From an uncultured Candidatus Planktophila sp. (GTDB lineage: Bacteria > Actinomycetota > Actinomycetes > Nanopelagicales > Nanopelagicaceae), in the NCBI GenBank assembly GCA_964463845.1, contig CAYXDT010000005.1, forward strand, positions 23,559 through 87,558: DNA of 64,000 nucleotides, given 5' to 3'. This document shows, one piece after another, positions 9,930 to 22,773 of this stretch (the first letter of the stretch is position 1; every line of letters begins with the position of its first letter). The notes below the pieces were generated by a model that saw only the letters and a program-made list of their open reading frames with translations, did no database searches and was not told where the DNA came from. A program made the translations under genes and the position numbers.

Positions 9930-11818
9930 TGTGTCACCACCCAAATTCCAGCTATCAAGGCGACTGCGCCAATCAGAATAAGTGCGGCATAGCTACGGGC
10001 GAAGCCATTTTGAGATTTGCGAAGTGAGGCACCTGAACTTAAAGCTGCTTGACCAACCCCACGGACAGCGCCATCAATAACTTTCTCATCACCTTTAACA
10101 AGTAAGCGGGTAAGCGCTTGTCCAGGGCGCATAAAGAGAGATTCATTAATTGAATCTTGCATTAAGTCACGACGAGCGATTTGAGTCAGGTATGAGACAT
10201 TCTCTGGTGCTTCTTCTGTAACTTTGGTGAAGTGATATTTAGCTAGGGCGATGGATACGCCAATTGCTACAGCGGTTAAGGCCATCATCGATACGATAAT
10301 TGGCGCAATTAAATGCTTTGTATAGCCATCTTCAATACCAAAGACTGGGTTGAGCCAATTTTTCAGGGAATCTCCCCGAGTAAAGAGGAATCCAGAGGTC
10401 ACAGAGCCAATCGCCAAAATAACCATCGGGAACCACATTAAGAATGGTGATTCGTGTGGGTGAGCATCTTCTTCCCAGCGTTTCTTTCCTGTAAATGTTA
10501 GGACCATTACGCGAGTCATATAGAAGGCGGTGATTGCAGCTCCTAGGAGGGTGAGCGAACCAAGAAGTATTCCCTTTGCGCCACCTGCATCAAATGCGGT
10601 CTCAATAATTAAATCTTTAGAGTAGAAGCCAGAAAATGGTGGCACGCCCAGAATTGCCAAGTAACCAAGACCGAAGGTGACGAAGGTGATTGGCATGACT
10701 TTACGTAGCGCGCCATAGCGACGCATATTTACCTGATCATTCATGGCATGCATTACAGATCCTGCACCCAAGAACATTCCCGCTTTAAAGAATCCGTGGG
10801 TAAGCAGGTGCATGATTGCGTAGGCATATCCTGCAGGTCCTAGTCCAGCAGCAAGTGTCATGTAGCCAATTTGTGACATCGTCGATGCTGCTAGCGCTTT
10901 CTTAATGTCATCTTTAGCCATACCAATAATCGCACCGAAGAGCAGGGTAATTGCGCCAACGATTACAACTAAGAGTTGCGCAGTAGGAGCGGCATCAAAG
11001 ATAAAGTTAGAGCGAACAATTAGATAGACGCCAGCGGTAACCATCGTTGCAGCGTGAATCAGGGCAGAGACTGGTGTTGGTCCCGCCATCGCATCCCCCA
11101 GCCAAGCTTGCAATGGGAATTGTGCTGATTTTCCAGCAGCGGCGATTAATAACATCACACCGATCAAAGTCAGAGTAGGTTCAGAGGCGCTATCTGCCGC
11201 CTCTTTAACTCCAGAGAATGAGACTGTGCCAAGGGAGGCAAAGGCGATCATGATGGCAAAGGAGAGACCCATATCGCCGATACGGTTCATTACAAAGGCC
11301 TTCTTAGAGGCGGTGGCATAGGCCGGTTTCTGATTCCAGAAGCCGATAAGTAGGTATGAGGCAAGGCCCACACCCTCCCAGCCAACATAAAGATTGAGGT
11401 AGGAATCTCCAAGAACCAATAGGAGCATGGAGGCGATAAAGAGGTTGAGGTAGGCGAAGAAGCGACGGCGATTTTCATCATGTGCCATATATGAGATGGA
11501 GTAGATATGAATCAAGGTACCCACGCCGGTAATGAGAAGTACAAAACAGATGGAGAGCTGATCAAGTAAGAGACCGGCATCTACATTGAAGGAGCCGACA
11601 CTTATCCAGGTGAAGAGCTTCTGGGAGATGGCCCGTTCTTCTGTAGAGCGAGAGAGCATCTCCGAAAGTTGATAGAGACCAACGGCAAAGGAGCCCGCTG
11701 ACATCGCAGTTGCAAAGAGGTGGCCCCACTTATCAACGCGGCGGCCAGCTAGGAGTAGAAATACCGCGCCAAAGAGTGGCAGGGCAATCAGATATACCAA
11801 AGTGTTAGCTGCGCTCAT
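9926..11818 (-). CDS. nuoL: NADH-quinone oxidoreductase subunit L
   Basis: [48 protein letters not shown]. Confidence 0.97.
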   Translation of the reverse strand: MSAANTLVYLIALPLFGAVFLLLAGRRVDKWGHLFATAMSAGSFAVGLYQLSEMLSRSTEERAISQKLFTWISVGSFNVDAGLLLDQLSICFVLLITGVGTLIHIYSISYMAHDENRRRFFAYLNLFIASMLLLVLGDSYLNLYVGWEGVGLASYLLIGFWNQKPAYATASKKAFVMNRIGDMGLSFAIMIAFASLGTVSFSGVKEAADSASEPTLTLIGVMLLIAAAGKSAQFPLQAWLGDAMAGPTPVSALIHAATMVTAGVYLIVRSNFIFDAAPTAQLLVVIVGAITLLFGAIIGMAKDDIKKALAASTMSQIGYMTLAAGLGPAGYAYAIMHLLTHGFFKAGMFLGAGSVMHAMNDQVNMRRYGALRKVMPITFVTFGLGYLAILGVPPFSGFYSKDLIIETAFDAGGAKGILLGSLTLLGAAITAFYMTRVMVLTFTGKKRWEEDAHPHESPFLMWFPMVILAIGSVTSGFLFTRGDSLKNWLNPVFGIEDGYTKHLIAPIIVSMMALTAVAIGVSIALAKYHFTKVTEEAPENVSYLTQIARRDLMQDSINESLFMRPGQALTRLLVKGDEKVIDGAVRGVGQAALSSGASLRKSQNGFARSYAALILIGAVALIAGIWVVTQ

Positions 11819-11820
11819 CT

Positions 11821-12120
11821 TTAGCGACTCAACAAACTAGCATCATCGACAGATGCTGTCCGGCGGGAGCGATAGATCGCGATGATAATTGCTAGGCCTA
11901 CAACGACTTCACAGGCGGCTACCACCATTGTAAAGAAGGCGGTCACCTGGCCATCGAGGGTTCCATTAATGCGTGAGAAGGTAACTAAAGTCAGATTTGC
12001 AGCGTTGAGCATTAGTTCGATACACATAAAGACCACAATGGCGTTGCGGCGCACAATTACACCGACTGCACCAATTGTGAAGAGCAGACCCGCGACGTAG
12101 AGATAGTTGTAAGGATTCAT
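11821..12120 (-). CDS. nuoK: NADH-quinone oxidoreductase subunit K
   Basis: [25 protein letters not shown]. Confidence 0.97.
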   Translation of the reverse strand: MNPYNYLYVAGLLFTIGAVGVIVRRNAIVVFMCIELMLNAANLTLVTFSRINGTLDGQVTAFFTMVVAACEVVVGLAIIIAIYRSRRTASVDDASLLSR

Positions 12121-12890
12121 TACTTCTCTTCCCTCACAGTCTTATCTACTTCACCAAGTTCAAATTGGCCGCTCTCCAACATATCTCCACGCGCCTTTAA
12201 AGTTGCAGAAATCGAATTTGGGGCAGGCGTGCCATCTGGAAGCAAAGCTGGAACATCTACCGCGTTATGGCGCGCATAAACACCTGGGTTAGGTAGTCCA
12301 GCAGTGCTGCCAAGGGAACCTGAACGGAATCGTGCAATCGCCTGTTCGCGTTGAGATGGGCGATGGACGCTTCTTTGGTGATGTGCCAAGACCATCGCAC
12401 CAAGGGCGGCAGTAATTAAAAGTGATGAGATAACTTCAAAGGGGAAGACATAATCAGAGAAGAGCAACATCGCAATACCTTCAACGTTGCCATTGCTATT
12501 TGCTTCATCAAGTCCAACAGGTGGGCGACCCAGAGAGGCGCGGGCGATTAGCGAGACGAGCAGACCACCAAAGCCAAGGGCGGCAGTTATCGCTATTGGG
12601 CGTAGTCCCTTAATGGTCTCTGTTAATGAATCTGAGGCATCCACTCCGACCAACATAAGAATAAAGAGGAAGAGCATCATTACTGCTCCGGTATAGACAA
12701 CTATCTGAACAATTCCGAGGAAGACCGCGCCTTGGGCAATATAGAAGAGCGCCAGAGTGATCATGATCCAGGCCAAGAGCAGCGCTGAGTGCACAGCCTT
12801 TTTAACCAACAACATACCTAGTGCGGCAATAACTGAGAGCGGGGCCAAGACCCAGAACATCACAGCTTCAGGAGTTTGAATCGTCAACAT
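12120..12890 (-). CDS. nuoJ: NADH-quinone oxidoreductase subunit J
   Basis: [28 protein letters not shown]; position in operon. Confidence 0.96.
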   Translation of the reverse strand: MLTIQTPEAVMFWVLAPLSVIAALGMLLVKKAVHSALLLAWIMITLALFYIAQGAVFLGIVQIVVYTGAVMMLFLFILMLVGVDASDSLTETIKGLRPIAITAALGFGGLLVSLIARASLGRPPVGLDEANSNGNVEGIAMLLFSDYVFPFEVISSLLITAALGAMVLAHHQRSVHRPSQREQAIARFRSGSLGSTAGLPNPGVYARHNAVDVPALLPDGTPAPNSISATLKARGDMLESGQFELGEVDKTVREEK

Positions 12891-13504
12891 TATCTTTTAT
12901 CACCTTGGCTTGGGTGGGCTTCCTTAACATCGCCATTGTAATAATTTGTATCAGTCATACCTGGATACATGGGATGAGGTGGGGCCAGCATTCCTTGGCG
13001 AAGCGGTGCCAATAGATCTTCTTTTTCAAAGATCAACTTTTCGCGCTTATCATCGGCAAGTTCATACTCATTTGTCATCGTTAATGCACGAGTTGGGCAG
13101 GCTTCAACACAAAGACCGCAGAAGATGCAGCGCAGATAATTAATCTGATAAACAGCACCGTGGCGCTCTCCCGGAGAGATTTGATTGCCTTCAGTGTTAT
13201 TGCCACCTTCAACATAAATTGCATCAGCTGGACAGGCCCAGGCACAGAGTTCGCAACCAATGCACTTCTCTAATCCATCTGGATGGCGATTTAGTTGATG
13301 GCGTCCATGAAAACGGGGAGCAGTAGGCGCCTTTACATCTGGGTACTGGACAGTCAGATTCTTCTTAAACATAGATGAGAATGTGACCCAGAAGCCCTTG
13401 GCTTGCTTGCCTAGCGAAGCTGGACCAGGTTGTTCAACTTCGACAAAGGGCACCGAGTTGATATCGGCTTGACCAGAAATCTTCTTCTCAATGAAGTCAG
13501 ACAT
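12890..13504 (-). CDS. nuoI: NADH-quinone oxidoreductase subunit I
   Basis: Two 4Fe-4S motifs [12 protein letters not shown] and [12 protein letters not shown]. Confidence 0.97.
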   Translation of the reverse strand: MSDFIEKKISGQADINSVPFVEVEQPGPASLGKQAKGFWVTFSSMFKKNLTVQYPDVKAPTAPRFHGRHQLNRHPDGLEKCIGCELCAWACPADAIYVEGGNNTEGNQISPGERHGAVYQINYLRCIFCGLCVEACPTRALTMTNEYELADDKREKLIFEKEDLLAPLRQGMLAPPHPMYPGMTDTNYYNGDVKEAHPSQGDKR

Positions 13505-14730
13505 TACTTACCTCCCGAGACGTTAATGGATTTCACTTCTGGCAGAGATGGAATTGGGAAATCTGGTGCTGCACCTTCTGGTTTAGGGGCGCGTGATTTC
13601 AACTTACTGCGATCATGTACGGAGCTAAGTGCCATAACAATAATTACAACCCCAACTGCGAATGAGACTAGAACAACGCGAGATACGCCCTCTTGCTGCA
13701 GAATGCGCAAGGTTGCCACTGTCAGGATCCAGAGAATTGAGGCGGGAATCAAAACTTTCCAACCAAATTTCATAAATTGGTCATAACGTAGACGGGGAAG
13801 CGTGCCACGTAGCCACATGAAGATAAAGAAGAAACCAATTACCTTTAAGAAGAACCAGAACAAGGTGAACCAGCCACCTAACCAACTTTCAGTAAAGCCC
13901 AGCCCAGGTGGCGCGTGGTAGCCGCCGAGGAAGAGCGTGGTAGCCAGCGCCGAAACTGCAACGATATTTACATATTCGGCTAGGAAGAAGAGGGCGAATT
14001 TCAGTGATGAGTATTCGGTATGGAAACCACCGACGAGTTCTCCTTCAGCCTCAGCTAAGTCAAAAGGTGCCCGGTTAGTTTCACCGACCATCGAGATAAC
14101 AAAGATGACGAAGGATGGGAAGAGAACAACGGCATTCCAGATATTTTGATGCTGCGCATCAACAATCTCCCAAGTCGACATAGAGCCGGCGTAGATAAAG
14201 ACTGCAACTAGTGAGAGCGCCATAGCGATTTCATATGAAATCACTTGAGCGCTAGCGCGCAATCCACCAAGTAGCGGATAGGTAGAACCTGAGGACCAAC
14301 CAGCAAGGACGATCCCATAAACACCGATTGCTGTAACGGCCAAAATGTAGAGAACGCCGACCGGTAGATCAGTTAGCTGCAAGGCAGTCATCTGACCGAA
14401 GAGATTTACCTCGCCAGTCATCGGGATTACGGCAAAGGCCATAAAGCACATTGAGGTAGCGATAATCGGGGCGATAATGAAGATCACCTTGTCCGCCGCA
14501 GTCGGAATGATGTCCTCTTTTAGCGCCAGCTTCACGCCATCTGCAAGCGATTGCAGAAGGCCGAACTTTCCAACCCGATTGGGTCCAGTACGTAGCTGCA
14601 TCTTGGCCAAGACGCGGCGTTCAGTCCAAACTGCCAAGAGCGTACTGACCACGCAGATTGCAAAGACGATTAGCGCTTTAACTCCAATTAACCAGCCTGG
14701 ATCGTTAGCTATAAGTTCAATATTGGTCAT
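13504..14730 (-). CDS. nuoH: NADH-quinone oxidoreductase subunit H
   Basis: [43 protein letters not shown]. Confidence 0.97.
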   Translation of the reverse strand: MTNIELIANDPGWLIGVKALIVFAICVVSTLLAVWTERRVLAKMQLRTGPNRVGKFGLLQSLADGVKLALKEDIIPTAADKVIFIIAPIIATSMCFMAFAVIPMTGEVNLFGQMTALQLTDLPVGVLYILAVTAIGVYGIVLAGWSSGSTYPLLGGLRASAQVISYEIAMALSLVAVFIYAGSMSTWEIVDAQHQNIWNAVVLFPSFVIFVISMVGETNRAPFDLAEAEGELVGGFHTEYSSLKFALFFLAEYVNIVAVSALATTLFLGGYHAPPGLGFTESWLGGWFTLFWFFLKVIGFFFIFMWLRGTLPRLRYDQFMKFGWKVLIPASILWILTVATLRILQQEGVSRVVLVSFAVGVVIIVMALSSVHDRSKLKSRAPKPEGAAPDFPIPSLPEVKSINVSGGK

Positions 14731-17090
14731 GCCTTCACCACCGTAACTACTTCACCATGTGCTGCATTCAGAGCGACAAGGGGTGCAGATGCAAATGAGT
14801 TACGTGGAAGCCAAACGGCATCATCATGAATATCTTCAACTAAAGCCGGGATGGTAATCGAACCATGCGCATTGGAAACTCGTAGTTGTTCGCCAGATTT
14901 AACACCTAAAGCACTGGCGCGTTGTGGAGAGATCACCGCAACTGTTGGGCGGCGAGTTCCGGCTAAATTATCTTCGCCCATTTGCAAGGTTCCCATATCT
15001 AACAAGCGGCGCCACGAGGTAAGAAGCGCTTCGTTGCCAGATGTCTTAGTTACGGCCACTGGTGAAGCGCTGGTAAATGACGCTCTTGCGCCATCCCACT
15101 TACCGAGTTGGTTAAATTCACGAGCTGAGGCGGTAACGGTTCCAAGTGAGATTGGATTACCAAGTGCATCGGCAAGCATGGAGAGAATTCGCACATCGCT
15201 GCGATTATGTGAATCTGCAACAGCTGAATCAAAGGCGCGAGCGCGACCTTCCCAGTTTAGGAAGCTGCCACTTTTCTCAGTTATAGCAGCGACTGGAAGA
15301 ATTACATCAGCTACTGCAGTTACTGAACTAGGTGCAATTTCTAGGCTGACCACGAAAGATTTCTTAAAGGCTGCAATCGCTGCAGCGCTATCTGGAAGAT
15401 CAAGTGCATCAACACCACCAACTACTACAGCGCCAAGATCTCCCGATGCAAGGGCGGCGATAATTTCAGTAGTTGTGCGACCTATTTCAGCAGGCAGAGA
15501 TGAGACTCCCCAAGCTGCTGCAATATCTACTCGCGCTGCAGCATCGTTTACTGGACGTCCACCTGGCAGAAGGTTTCCTAGAGCGCCTGCTTCAAGAGCC
15601 CCACGCTCACCTGCGCGACGCGGAATATAGGCAACTTTTGCGCCGCTCTTGGCTGCCAGAGCTACAACTGCTGAGAATAATCCGGCGCTTTCAGAGGCGC
15701 GTTCTCCTACCAAGATTACCGACTTTGCCGTTAGCGCGAGGTCATTGACTGCCGCAGCTTCAGCACCTGGCGCTACCTTGATGAAGTTAGCCTTTAGCTT
15801 ATCCATTGCAATCGATTGCTTGGTTGCGACGGCAGTTACCTTAAGACCGCGCTTCTTAAAGTTTTTATTTAGACGTAAGAAGACGATTGGTGACTCTTCT
15901 TCTGGTTCAAAGGCAATTAAGGCAACATGATCTGCTGTATCAATATCGCGATAAGTTGTGGCAGATCCGGCAACATGTGCGGCTAGGAAGTCGCGCTCTT
16001 CATCTGAAGTAACTCGCGCGCGATAATCAATATCGTTGGTATTGAGCGCTAAGCGAGCAAACTTGGAGTATCCATATGCATCTTCTGTTGTTACACGACC
16101 ACCCGTAAGGACTGCAGTGCGCTTACCCTTTATTCCAGCAGCCGCTGCAGCAAGTGCTTCCGGCCATGATGCAACTACAAGGTCGCCTTCTGAATTGCGC
16201 ACCATCGGCTGAGTCAAACGATCGAGCGCTGTGACATATTTGAAGGCCCAACGACCCTTATCGCAGTTCCACTCTTCATTTACAGATGGGTCATCTCCAG
16301 CCAAGCGACGTAAAGTTTTGCCACGACGAACATCGGTACGCATATCGCAACCTGATGCACAGTGTTCGCAGGCAGATGGCGTTGAGACTAAATCAAAGGG
16401 ACGGGCGCGGAAGCGATAAGAAGCTCCCGTTAAGGCGCCAACTGGGCATATCTGCACAGTATTGCCAGAAAAATATGACTTGAAAGGATCGTTTTCGTAG
16501 ATACCAACTTGTTGTAAGGCGCCGCGCTCATTGAGAGTAATAAAGGCATCTGAGGCAATCTGATCGGAGAAACGTGTGCAACGAGCACAGAGCACGCAAC
16601 GCTCGCGATCTAGAAGTACTTGAGATGAGATATTGATTGGCTTCTCAAAGGTGCGCTTGTAACCATCTAAGCGCGCATCAGATCGGCCATTGCTCATCGC
16701 CTGATTCTGTAATGGGCACTCTCCACCTTTATCGCAGACTGGGCAATCCAAGGGATGGTTACCAAGCAATAACTCCATAACACCTTTCTGCGCCTTATCA
16801 GCGACAGGTGAGGTGAGTTGAGTTTTCACAATCATATTTGGCTCAACTGGAATGGTGCATGAAGCCTGTGGCTTTGGAAAAGCTCTGCCATTTATTTCGA
16901 TATCAACTAAGCACTGGCGACAAGCCCCAACTGGATCAAGGAGTGGGTGATCGCAGAAACGTGGAATTTGAATTCCCAATTTTTCAGCAGCGCGAATGAC
17001 TAACGTTCCCTTTGGAACGCTAACCTCAAAACCATCTATTACAACGGTAATGAGCTCCACGGCAACTGCTGAATCTTGAGTTGTTGTCAC
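14727..17090 (-). CDS. nuoG: NADH-quinone oxidoreductase subunit G
   Basis: [51 protein letters not shown]. Confidence 0.97.
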   Translation of the reverse strand: MTTTQDSAVAVELITVVIDGFEVSVPKGTLVIRAAEKLGIQIPRFCDHPLLDPVGACRQCLVDIEINGRAFPKPQASCTIPVEPNMIVKTQLTSPVADKAQKGVMELLLGNHPLDCPVCDKGGECPLQNQAMSNGRSDARLDGYKRTFEKPINISSQVLLDRERCVLCARCTRFSDQIASDAFITLNERGALQQVGIYENDPFKSYFSGNTVQICPVGALTGASYRFRARPFDLVSTPSACEHCASGCDMRTDVRRGKTLRRLAGDDPSVNEEWNCDKGRWAFKYVTALDRLTQPMVRNSEGDLVVASWPEALAAAAAGIKGKRTAVLTGGRVTTEDAYGYSKFARLALNTNDIDYRARVTSDEERDFLAAHVAGSATTYRDIDTADHVALIAFEPEEESPIVFLRLNKNFKKRGLKVTAVATKQSIAMDKLKANFIKVAPGAEAAAVNDLALTAKSVILVGERASESAGLFSAVVALAAKSGAKVAYIPRRAGERGALEAGALGNLLPGGRPVNDAAARVDIAAAWGVSSLPAEIGRTTTEIIAALASGDLGAVVVGGVDALDLPDSAAAIAAFKKSFVVSLEIAPSSVTAVADVILPVAAITEKSGSFLNWEGRARAFDSAVADSHNRSDVRILSMLADALGNPISLGTVTASAREFNQLGKWDGARASFTSASPVAVTKTSGNEALLTSWRRLLDMGTLQMGEDNLAGTRRPTVAVISPQRASALGVKSGEQLRVSNAHGSITIPALVEDIHDDAVWLPRNSFASAPLVALNAAHGEVVTVVKA

Positions 17091-18370
17091 TGCGCTACCG
17101 CCCCAGCGAAGATGGTTGACTTAACAGGATCAAATGGGCAGGCACCTTGGGTCAAGTGAGCGATATATTCATCGCGGAAATATTTAATTGATGAGGTGAT
17201 TGGACTTGTCGCACCATCACCAAGGGCACAGAAAGAACGTCCCATAATGTTGTCGCAGAGATCCAATAACTTATCTAAATCAGCTTCTGTTCCGGTGCCG
17301 TTCTCAAGATCTCGCAGAATTTGCACCAGCCACCAAGTGCCTTCACGACATGGTGTGCACTTGCCACAGGACTCGTGCTTATAGAACTCAGTCCAGCGCA
17401 GAACAGCGCGAACAACGCAGGTTGTCTCGTCAAAGATTTGTAGTGCTTTTGTTCCCAGCATTGAACCGGCAGCTGATACGCCTTCATAATCTAGAGGGAT
17501 ATCTAAATGTGCATCGGTAAAGAGTGGGGTTGATGATCCACCTGGAGTCCAGAACTTTAATTTGTGCCCAGTACGAACTCCCCCAGCTAGCTCAAGAATT
17601 TCACGCAAGGTAATTCCAAGAGGTGCTTCGAATTGGCCGGGGTTATTTACATGGCCTGATAGTGAGTAAAGAGTGGCGCCCTTTGACTTCTCAGTTCCCA
17701 TTGATTGGTACCACTCTGCGCCATTGGCGATGATCGCCGGAACAGATGAGATCGATTCCACATTATTTACAACAGTTGGTCGCGCATAAAGGCCTGCGAT
17801 AGCGGGAAATGGTGGGCGCAGACGTGGTTGGCCACGGAAGCCTTCAAGTGAATCAAGTAGAGCGGTCTCTTCGCCACAGATGTATGCACCTGCGCCAATA
17901 TGTAGTGTGACATCAATGCCATTACCTAAATGCCCTGCCTTGTATGCATCGGCAATTGCTGCATTAACGCGACGAACGACATGTGTTACCTCACCGCGAA
18001 TATAGATAAAGGCGCGTTTAGCACGAATCGCGTGACAGGCGATGATGCAACCTTCAATTAAAACGTGCGGGTTGGCCATCAAAAGTGGCGTGTCTTTGCA
18101 TGTACCTGGTTCTGATTCATCGGCATTAACAACTAGGTAATGATCTTTATCATCGCCTTGTGGAATAAATCCCCACTTCATTCCGGTAGGAAAACCTGCT
18201 CCACCTCGGCCACGTAGACCAGAATCTTTTACAATCTGAATTACAGCATCAGGATCCATGGCGAGTGCTTTCTTCGCAGCCTGGTATCCCCCATGTCTGG
18301 TGTATGCCTCGATGGTAAATGAATCTTTCTCATCCCAATGTGCAGATAGAACCGGAGTTAATTTAGACAT
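17087..18370 (-). CDS. nuoF: NADH-quinone oxidoreductase subunit F
   Basis: SGLRGRGGAGFPTGMKW, GAGAYICGEETALL, ESCGKCTPCREG. Confidence 0.97.
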   Translation of the reverse strand: MSKLTPVLSAHWDEKDSFTIEAYTRHGGYQAAKKALAMDPDAVIQIVKDSGLRGRGGAGFPTGMKWGFIPQGDDKDHYLVVNADESEPGTCKDTPLLMANPHVLIEGCIIACHAIRAKRAFIYIRGEVTHVVRRVNAAIADAYKAGHLGNGIDVTLHIGAGAYICGEETALLDSLEGFRGQPRLRPPFPAIAGLYARPTVVNNVESISSVPAIIANGAEWYQSMGTEKSKGATLYSLSGHVNNPGQFEAPLGITLREILELAGGVRTGHKLKFWTPGGSSTPLFTDAHLDIPLDYEGVSAAGSMLGTKALQIFDETTCVVRAVLRWTEFYKHESCGKCTPCREGTWWLVQILRDLENGTGTEADLDKLLDLCDNIMGRSFCALGDGATSPITSSIKYFRDEYIAHLTQGACPFDPVKSTIFAGAVAQ

Positions 18371-19005
18371 TACTTGCCCTCCTTAGAAAGCTTTAATCCG
18401 AGAAGAGTTGGCGCACCAGCTTGTAACCCTTCGCGCGCCAAGCCATCATCGAGACCAGCTAAAACGGCAGATGCCTCTTTATAGGTAACTAAACGATTTG
18501 GTCCACGAGTAGGTGCTGGTGGATTTCCAGCGCGTGCACCATCTACCAAACTCTTAGCTGATTCGATTGTTTGATTATCGTAAAACTCCCAGTTAGCCAT
18601 AACAACAGGTGCATAATCGCAAGCCGCGTTACATTCGATATGTTCAAGAGAGACTTTTCCATCTGCAGTGACGCCATCATTTTCTATATCTAAATGCTCT
18701 TTTAAGGCTGCAAAAATGGCATCTCCACCCATGACGGCGCATAAAGTATTTGTGCATACGCCAACGTGGTATTCGCCCACTGGCTTACGCTTGTACTGGG
18801 TGTAGAAGGTAGCGACTGCAGATACTTCAGCAGTTTCGATATCTAATAATTTAGCAATTTTCTCAATACCTTCATTGGTTACATACCCAGAAATTGATTG
18901 CACATAGTGCAGTAGTGGCATGATGGCAGAGCGGCTACGTGGATAGCGCTTGATTATTGATTGCATAACATCATCATTGAGATTACTAGGATTATTGAGG
19001 CTCAT
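18370..19005 (-). CDS. nuoE: NADH-quinone oxidoreductase subunit E
   Basis: VATFYTQY, VCTNTLC, ECNAACDYAP (2Fe-2S). Confidence 0.97.
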   Translation of the reverse strand: MSLNNPSNLNDDVMQSIIKRYPRSRSAIMPLLHYVQSISGYVTNEGIEKIAKLLDIETAEVSAVATFYTQYKRKPVGEYHVGVCTNTLCAVMGGDAIFAALKEHLDIENDGVTADGKVSLEHIECNAACDYAPVVMANWEFYDNQTIESAKSLVDGARAGNPPAPTRGPNRLVTYKEASAVLAGLDDGLAREGLQAGAPTLLGLKLSKEGK

Positions 19006-20363
19006 TAGCGATCTACCCCTCCCATTACTGGATCAATAGATGCGACCGCACCAATAATGTCGGCAACCATGCCACCTTCACTCATTGCCGATGTTGATTG
19101 CAGATTATTAAATGATGGTTCGCGGAAATGTACGCGGTAGGGACGTGTGCCGCCATCGGAAACGATATGTGCAGCTAACTCACCGCGCGGAGATTCGACT
19201 GCAACGTAAGCCTGACCAGCTGGAACGCGGAAGCCCTCTGTCACCAATTTGAAGTGATGGATTAGAGATTCCATTGAACTTCCCATGATTTCACGGATGT
19301 GATCAAGTGAATTTCCTAGGCCATCTGCACCTAGCGCTAATTGTGCTGGCCAAGCAATTTTCTTATCAGCCACCATAACTGGTTGACCTTCTAAGCGATC
19401 AAGTTTGTCGAGAGCTTGTTCGATGATGCGAAGTGATTGCTCAAGCTCGCCCATGCGAATCAAGAATCGGCCATAAACATCGGCAGTATCTGCAGTGATC
19501 ACATCAAAGTCGTAGTTTTCATAGCCACAGTAAGGCTGCATCTTTCGTAGATCCCATGGGAGTCCAGCAGAGCGAAGAACTGGGCCGGTGATACCTAAAG
19601 TTGTACAGCCTGCTAAATCAAGGTAGCCAATACCCTCTGTGCGCTTCATCCAGATGGTATTTCCGATTAAGAGTGTGGCATTATCTTGAAAGTTTTTCCG
19701 CAAAGTCTTTACAGTCTCGCGCAATTTATTTGTCATGCCAGCGGGCAGATCCTGCGAGACACCACCTGGGCGCACGTAAGCCATATTCATGCGTAGCCCA
19801 GTGATTTCTTCGAAGGCATCTAGAACAATTTCGCGTTCACGGAAGGCGAAGAACATTGGTGCCATGGCGCCAAGTTCGAGGGCGCCAGTACCAAGGGCGA
19901 CCATATGTGAAGAGATGCGATTGAGCTCCATCATCAAAACACGGATTACAGATGCGCGCTCTGGAATATCTTCAGTAATCCCAAGTAACTTCTCAACTGC
20001 TAGACAGTAGGCGGTCTCATTAAAGATAGGAGATAGATAATCCATACGAGTGACAAAGGTGACCGCTTGGGTCCAGTTGCGGTACTCAATGTTTTTCTCA
20101 ATTCCGGTATGCAGATAACCAATACCAGTACGAACTTCGGTGATGGTCTCGCCTTCGAGTTCTAGAACTAACCGGAGCACGCCGTGGGTAGATGGGTGCT
20201 GTGGCCCCATATTTACAATGATGCGCTCTTCTTTTGATTCGCCAATTTCAGAGACGAGTGAATCCCAATCCCCACCAGTTACGGAGAAGACAGTGCCTTC
20301 AGTTGTTTCGCGCGAGGATGCGTAAGGATCGAAGAGCGTATTATTTGTCTTATCTGGGGTCAC
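19005..20363 (-). CDS. nuoD: NADH-quinone oxidoreductase subunit D
   Basis: [31 protein letters not shown]-terminal [11 protein letters not shown]. Confidence 0.97.
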   Translation of the reverse strand: MTPDKTNNTLFDPYASSRETTEGTVFSVTGGDWDSLVSEIGESKEERIIVNMGPQHPSTHGVLRLVLELEGETITEVRTGIGYLHTGIEKNIEYRNWTQAVTFVTRMDYLSPIFNETAYCLAVEKLLGITEDIPERASVIRVLMMELNRISSHMVALGTGALELGAMAPMFFAFREREIVLDAFEEITGLRMNMAYVRPGGVSQDLPAGMTNKLRETVKTLRKNFQDNATLLIGNTIWMKRTEGIGYLDLAGCTTLGITGPVLRSAGLPWDLRKMQPYCGYENYDFDVITADTADVYGRFLIRMGELEQSLRIIEQALDKLDRLEGQPVMVADKKIAWPAQLALGADGLGNSLDHIREIMGSSMESLIHHFKLVTEGFRVPAGQAYVAVESPRGELAAHIVSDGGTRPYRVHFREPSFNNLQSTSAMSEGGMVADIIGAVASIDPVMGGVDR

Positions 20364-20995
20364 TGGTAGCTCCTGCGATTAGATGGCGCTGGCGTTGTGG
20401 CACCTTTGTACTCAACTGCGATCCCACCTAATGGGTAATCTTTACGTTGCGGATGTCCATCCCAATCATCAGGCATCAAGATGCGAGTTAATCCAGGGTG
20501 GCCATCGAAGATGATGCCAAACATGTCAAAGGTCTCGCGCTCATGCCAATTATTGCCAGCCCAAACTTCAACAAGAGAAGGGATATGTGGATCTACTTCA
20601 GCGGTCGCAACTTCTAAACGAATTCTCTGATTATTTGTCATCGATAGCAATGGGAAGACCGCTACCAACTCTGCGCCCTTGCGCTCTGGATAGTGGATAC
20701 CAGAGACTCCCATACACATCTCAAATTTCAATTTATCGCGCAGAATAAAGGCGACCTCAAGTAAACGTGATTTCTTGATATGCAGAGTAAGTTCGCCGCG
20801 ATCTACAACCACGCGGATGATGGCATCGGAAAAATCTGGATATGCACGTTCAAGATCATCGGCAACTTGATCAAAGTAGCTGCCGAAAGGGCGCTCTGTA
20901 GAGCCAAATTGCGCTGCCTGCCTGACCAGCCCACCGTAACCTGAGGTATCTCCGGTGCCGTGCGTGCCGAACATACCGCTCTGTTCTTGAGTCAT
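20360..20995 (-). CDS. nuoC: NADH-quinone oxidoreductase subunit C
   Basis: [40 protein letters not shown]. Confidence 0.97.
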   Translation of the reverse strand: MTQEQSGMFGTHGTGDTSGYGGLVRQAAQFGSTERPFGSYFDQVADDLERAYPDFSDAIIRVVVDRGELTLHIKKSRLLEVAFILRDKLKFEMCMGVSGIHYPERKGAELVAVFPLLSMTNNQRIRLEVATAEVDPHIPSLVEVWAGNNWHERETFDMFGIIFDGHPGLTRILMPDDWDGHPQRKDYPLGGIAVEYKGATTPAPSNRRSYQ

Positions 20996-21568
20996 TTAGG
21001 CCAGTAGACCCTTCTTATCGAAGTTGCCTAATTGATGCGTTGGTAGCGCGCTCATTGCAGCAAGTTCAACTTCCTTGATAATAGCTTCACGATTTGGGCC
21101 TAGCTTGGTATCGCTAATAAGAGCGTGTAGCTTGATAATCGCATCCATTAACTGCTCTGGACGTGGCGGACAACCTGGTAGATAGATATCAACTGGAACG
21201 ATGTGATCTACGCCTTGGACAATTGCATAGTTATTAAACATGCCACCCGAAGAGGCACACGCTCCCATCGAGATAACCCACTTTGGCGCTGTCATTTGAT
21301 CGTAAATCTGGCGAAGAACTGGCGCCATCTTCTGTGAAACACGACCAGCGACGATCATTAAATCTGCTTGACGAGGAGATGCGGAAAAACGTTCCATTCC
21401 AAATCGCGAAATATCATGCTTTGGCGCAGAGCCAAGTGCCATCATCTCAATTGCACAACAGGCCAGACCGAATGTTGCTGGCCAGAGCGAGCTCTTGCGC
21501 ATATATCCAGCTAAACCTTCAACGGTGGAGAGCAATACTCCGCTTGGTAACTTATCTTCTAAACCCAC
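20996..21568 (-). CDS. nuoB: NADH-quinone oxidoreductase subunit B
   Basis: [43 protein letters not shown]; GTG 21568 (MGLEDKLP) with GAAGGG SD, the ORF-track extension overlaps nuoA. Confidence 0.96.
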   Translation of the reverse strand: MGLEDKLPSGVLLSTVEGLAGYMRKSSLWPATFGLACCAIEMMALGSAPKHDISRFGMERFSASPRQADLMIVAGRVSQKMAPVLRQIYDQMTAPKWVISMGACASSGGMFNNYAIVQGVDHIVPVDIYLPGCPPRPEQLMDAIIKLHALISDTKLGPNREAIIKEVELAAMSALPTHQLGNFDKKGLLA

Positions 21569-21605
21569 TAGATAAATCCCTTCAATGCTTTTAGCTCCAA
21601 CATGA

Positions 21606-21971
21606 TTAATCCCATTCCAATCCACCGCGACGCCAAACATATGCAAATGCAATGAAGACGGTTCCAATAAAAATTGCCATTTCAACTAAACCAAAGATGC
21701 CCAGCTGATCAAAGGTAACTGCCCATGGATAGAGAAATACGATTTCAATATCGAAGACGATGAAGAGCATTGCGGTTAAAAAGTACTTAACCGGGAATCG
21801 TCCCCCTTCGAGCGCTTGTGGTGAAGGCTCGATTCCACACTCGTATGCTTCCAGTTTGGCGCGGTTATAGCGCGCTGGACCTGTAACTGAGGCGATTGCG
21901 ACTGAAAAGACGGCAAATCCAAAGCCGATTGCGAAAATCACAAAAATCGGAATATATGGATTGGCGTTCAC
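21606..21971 (-). CDS. nuoA: NADH-quinone oxidoreductase subunit A
   Basis: [33 protein letters not shown]. Confidence 0.97.
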   Translation of the reverse strand: MNANPYIPIFVIFAIGFGFAVFSVAIASVTGPARYNRAKLEAYECGIEPSPQALEGGRFPVKYFLTAMLFIVFDIEIVFLYPWAVTFDQLGIFGLVEMAIFIGTVFIAFAYVWRRGGLEWD

Positions 21972-21978
21972 GAGTGAA

Positions 21979-21984
21979 ATTCTA
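21979..21984 (-). promoter_or_regulatory. SigA-type -10 (TAGAAT) 7 nt before nuoA GTG, probable leaderless transcript
   Basis: Minus strand TAGAAT-ttcactc-GTG; no SD. Confidence 0.55.
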
Positions 21985-22010
21985 AGTGTTTAATATGGGC
22001 GTTCAGACCG

Positions 22011-22703
22011 TTATGGCTTGCGGGCCTTGTGAACTGCGACAACCCCACCTGTGAGATTCTTCCAACTCACATCTACCCAGCCAGCTGCAGTAATTTGGGC
22101 AGCGAGCGCTCCTTGGTTTGGCCAGGCCCTGATGGATTCAGCTAGGTAGATATAGGCATCAGGATTGGATGAACTCTTGCGGGCGATCGCGGGAAGGGCC
22201 TTCATAAGGTAATTGGTATAAATGGTGCGAAATGGACCGAAGGTCGGGCTGGAGAATTCGGTGACTACTAAGGAGCCGCCTGGCTTGACTACGCGATACA
22301 TCTCGGCCAGAGCGCGGGCGGTATTTTGGGTATTTCGTAGGCCAAATGAGATGGTGGCGCAATCGAAGGAGCCATCGGCGAAGGGAAGGTTGAGGGCATC
22401 GGCCTTGGTAAAGGCTAAATGAGGGCGAGCTTTGCGCCCAGCTGCCAGCATCCCCTCACTGAAATCGGCTGGAATTACATCGGCGCCAGCTGCGGCCAGG
22501 GGCGCAGAGCTTGAGCCGGTACCCGCTGCCAGATCGAGAATCTTCATTCCTGGGTGCGGATTAATGATCGCTGTTGTCGCCTTGCGCCAGGCTTTGGTCC
22601 GCCCCAGACTCAGCAGGTCATTGACGAGGTCATAGCGTTTGGCCACGCCATCAAACATCGCCGCGACTTCATCAGGATTCTTATCCATATTCGCTCGCGA
22701 CAT
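22011..22703 (-). CDS. menG: Demethylmenaquinone methyltransferase
   Basis: [22 protein letters not shown] motif [17 protein letters not shown]; ATG 22703 (MSRAN) preferred. Confidence 0.95.
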   Translation of the reverse strand: MSRANMDKNPDEVAAMFDGVAKRYDLVNDLLSLGRTKAWRKATTAIINPHPGMKILDLAAGTGSSSAPLAAAGADVIPADFSEGMLAAGRKARPHLAFTKADALNLPFADGSFDCATISFGLRNTQNTARALAEMYRVVKPGGSLVVTEFSSPTFGPFRTIYTNYLMKALPAIARKSSSNPDAYIYLAESIRAWPNQGALAAQITAAGWVDVSWKNLTGGVVAVHKARKP

Positions 22704-22773
22704 GCGCTTATTCTCGCTGAGAGTAGGCTTCGGGCACAACTTAGAAATTTCAAGTCGATAGAGGGGGATTGCA

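Noticed and set aside
14851-15630. 259-aa plus-strand ORF (also 24867-25595, 766-1332 and similar)
   Set aside because: Antisense shadows of well-supported genes (nuoG, menD, sugar permease); no motifs or RBS.
21569-21685. N-terminal extension of nuoB in the ORF track
   Set aside because: It overlaps nuoA; GTG 21568 has an SD and gives the typical MGLEDKLP start.
21972-22000. Possible Rex operator upstream of nuoA
   Set aside because: GTGAA/TTCAC-like half-sites do not have the N4 spacing of TTGTGAA-N4-TTCACAA.
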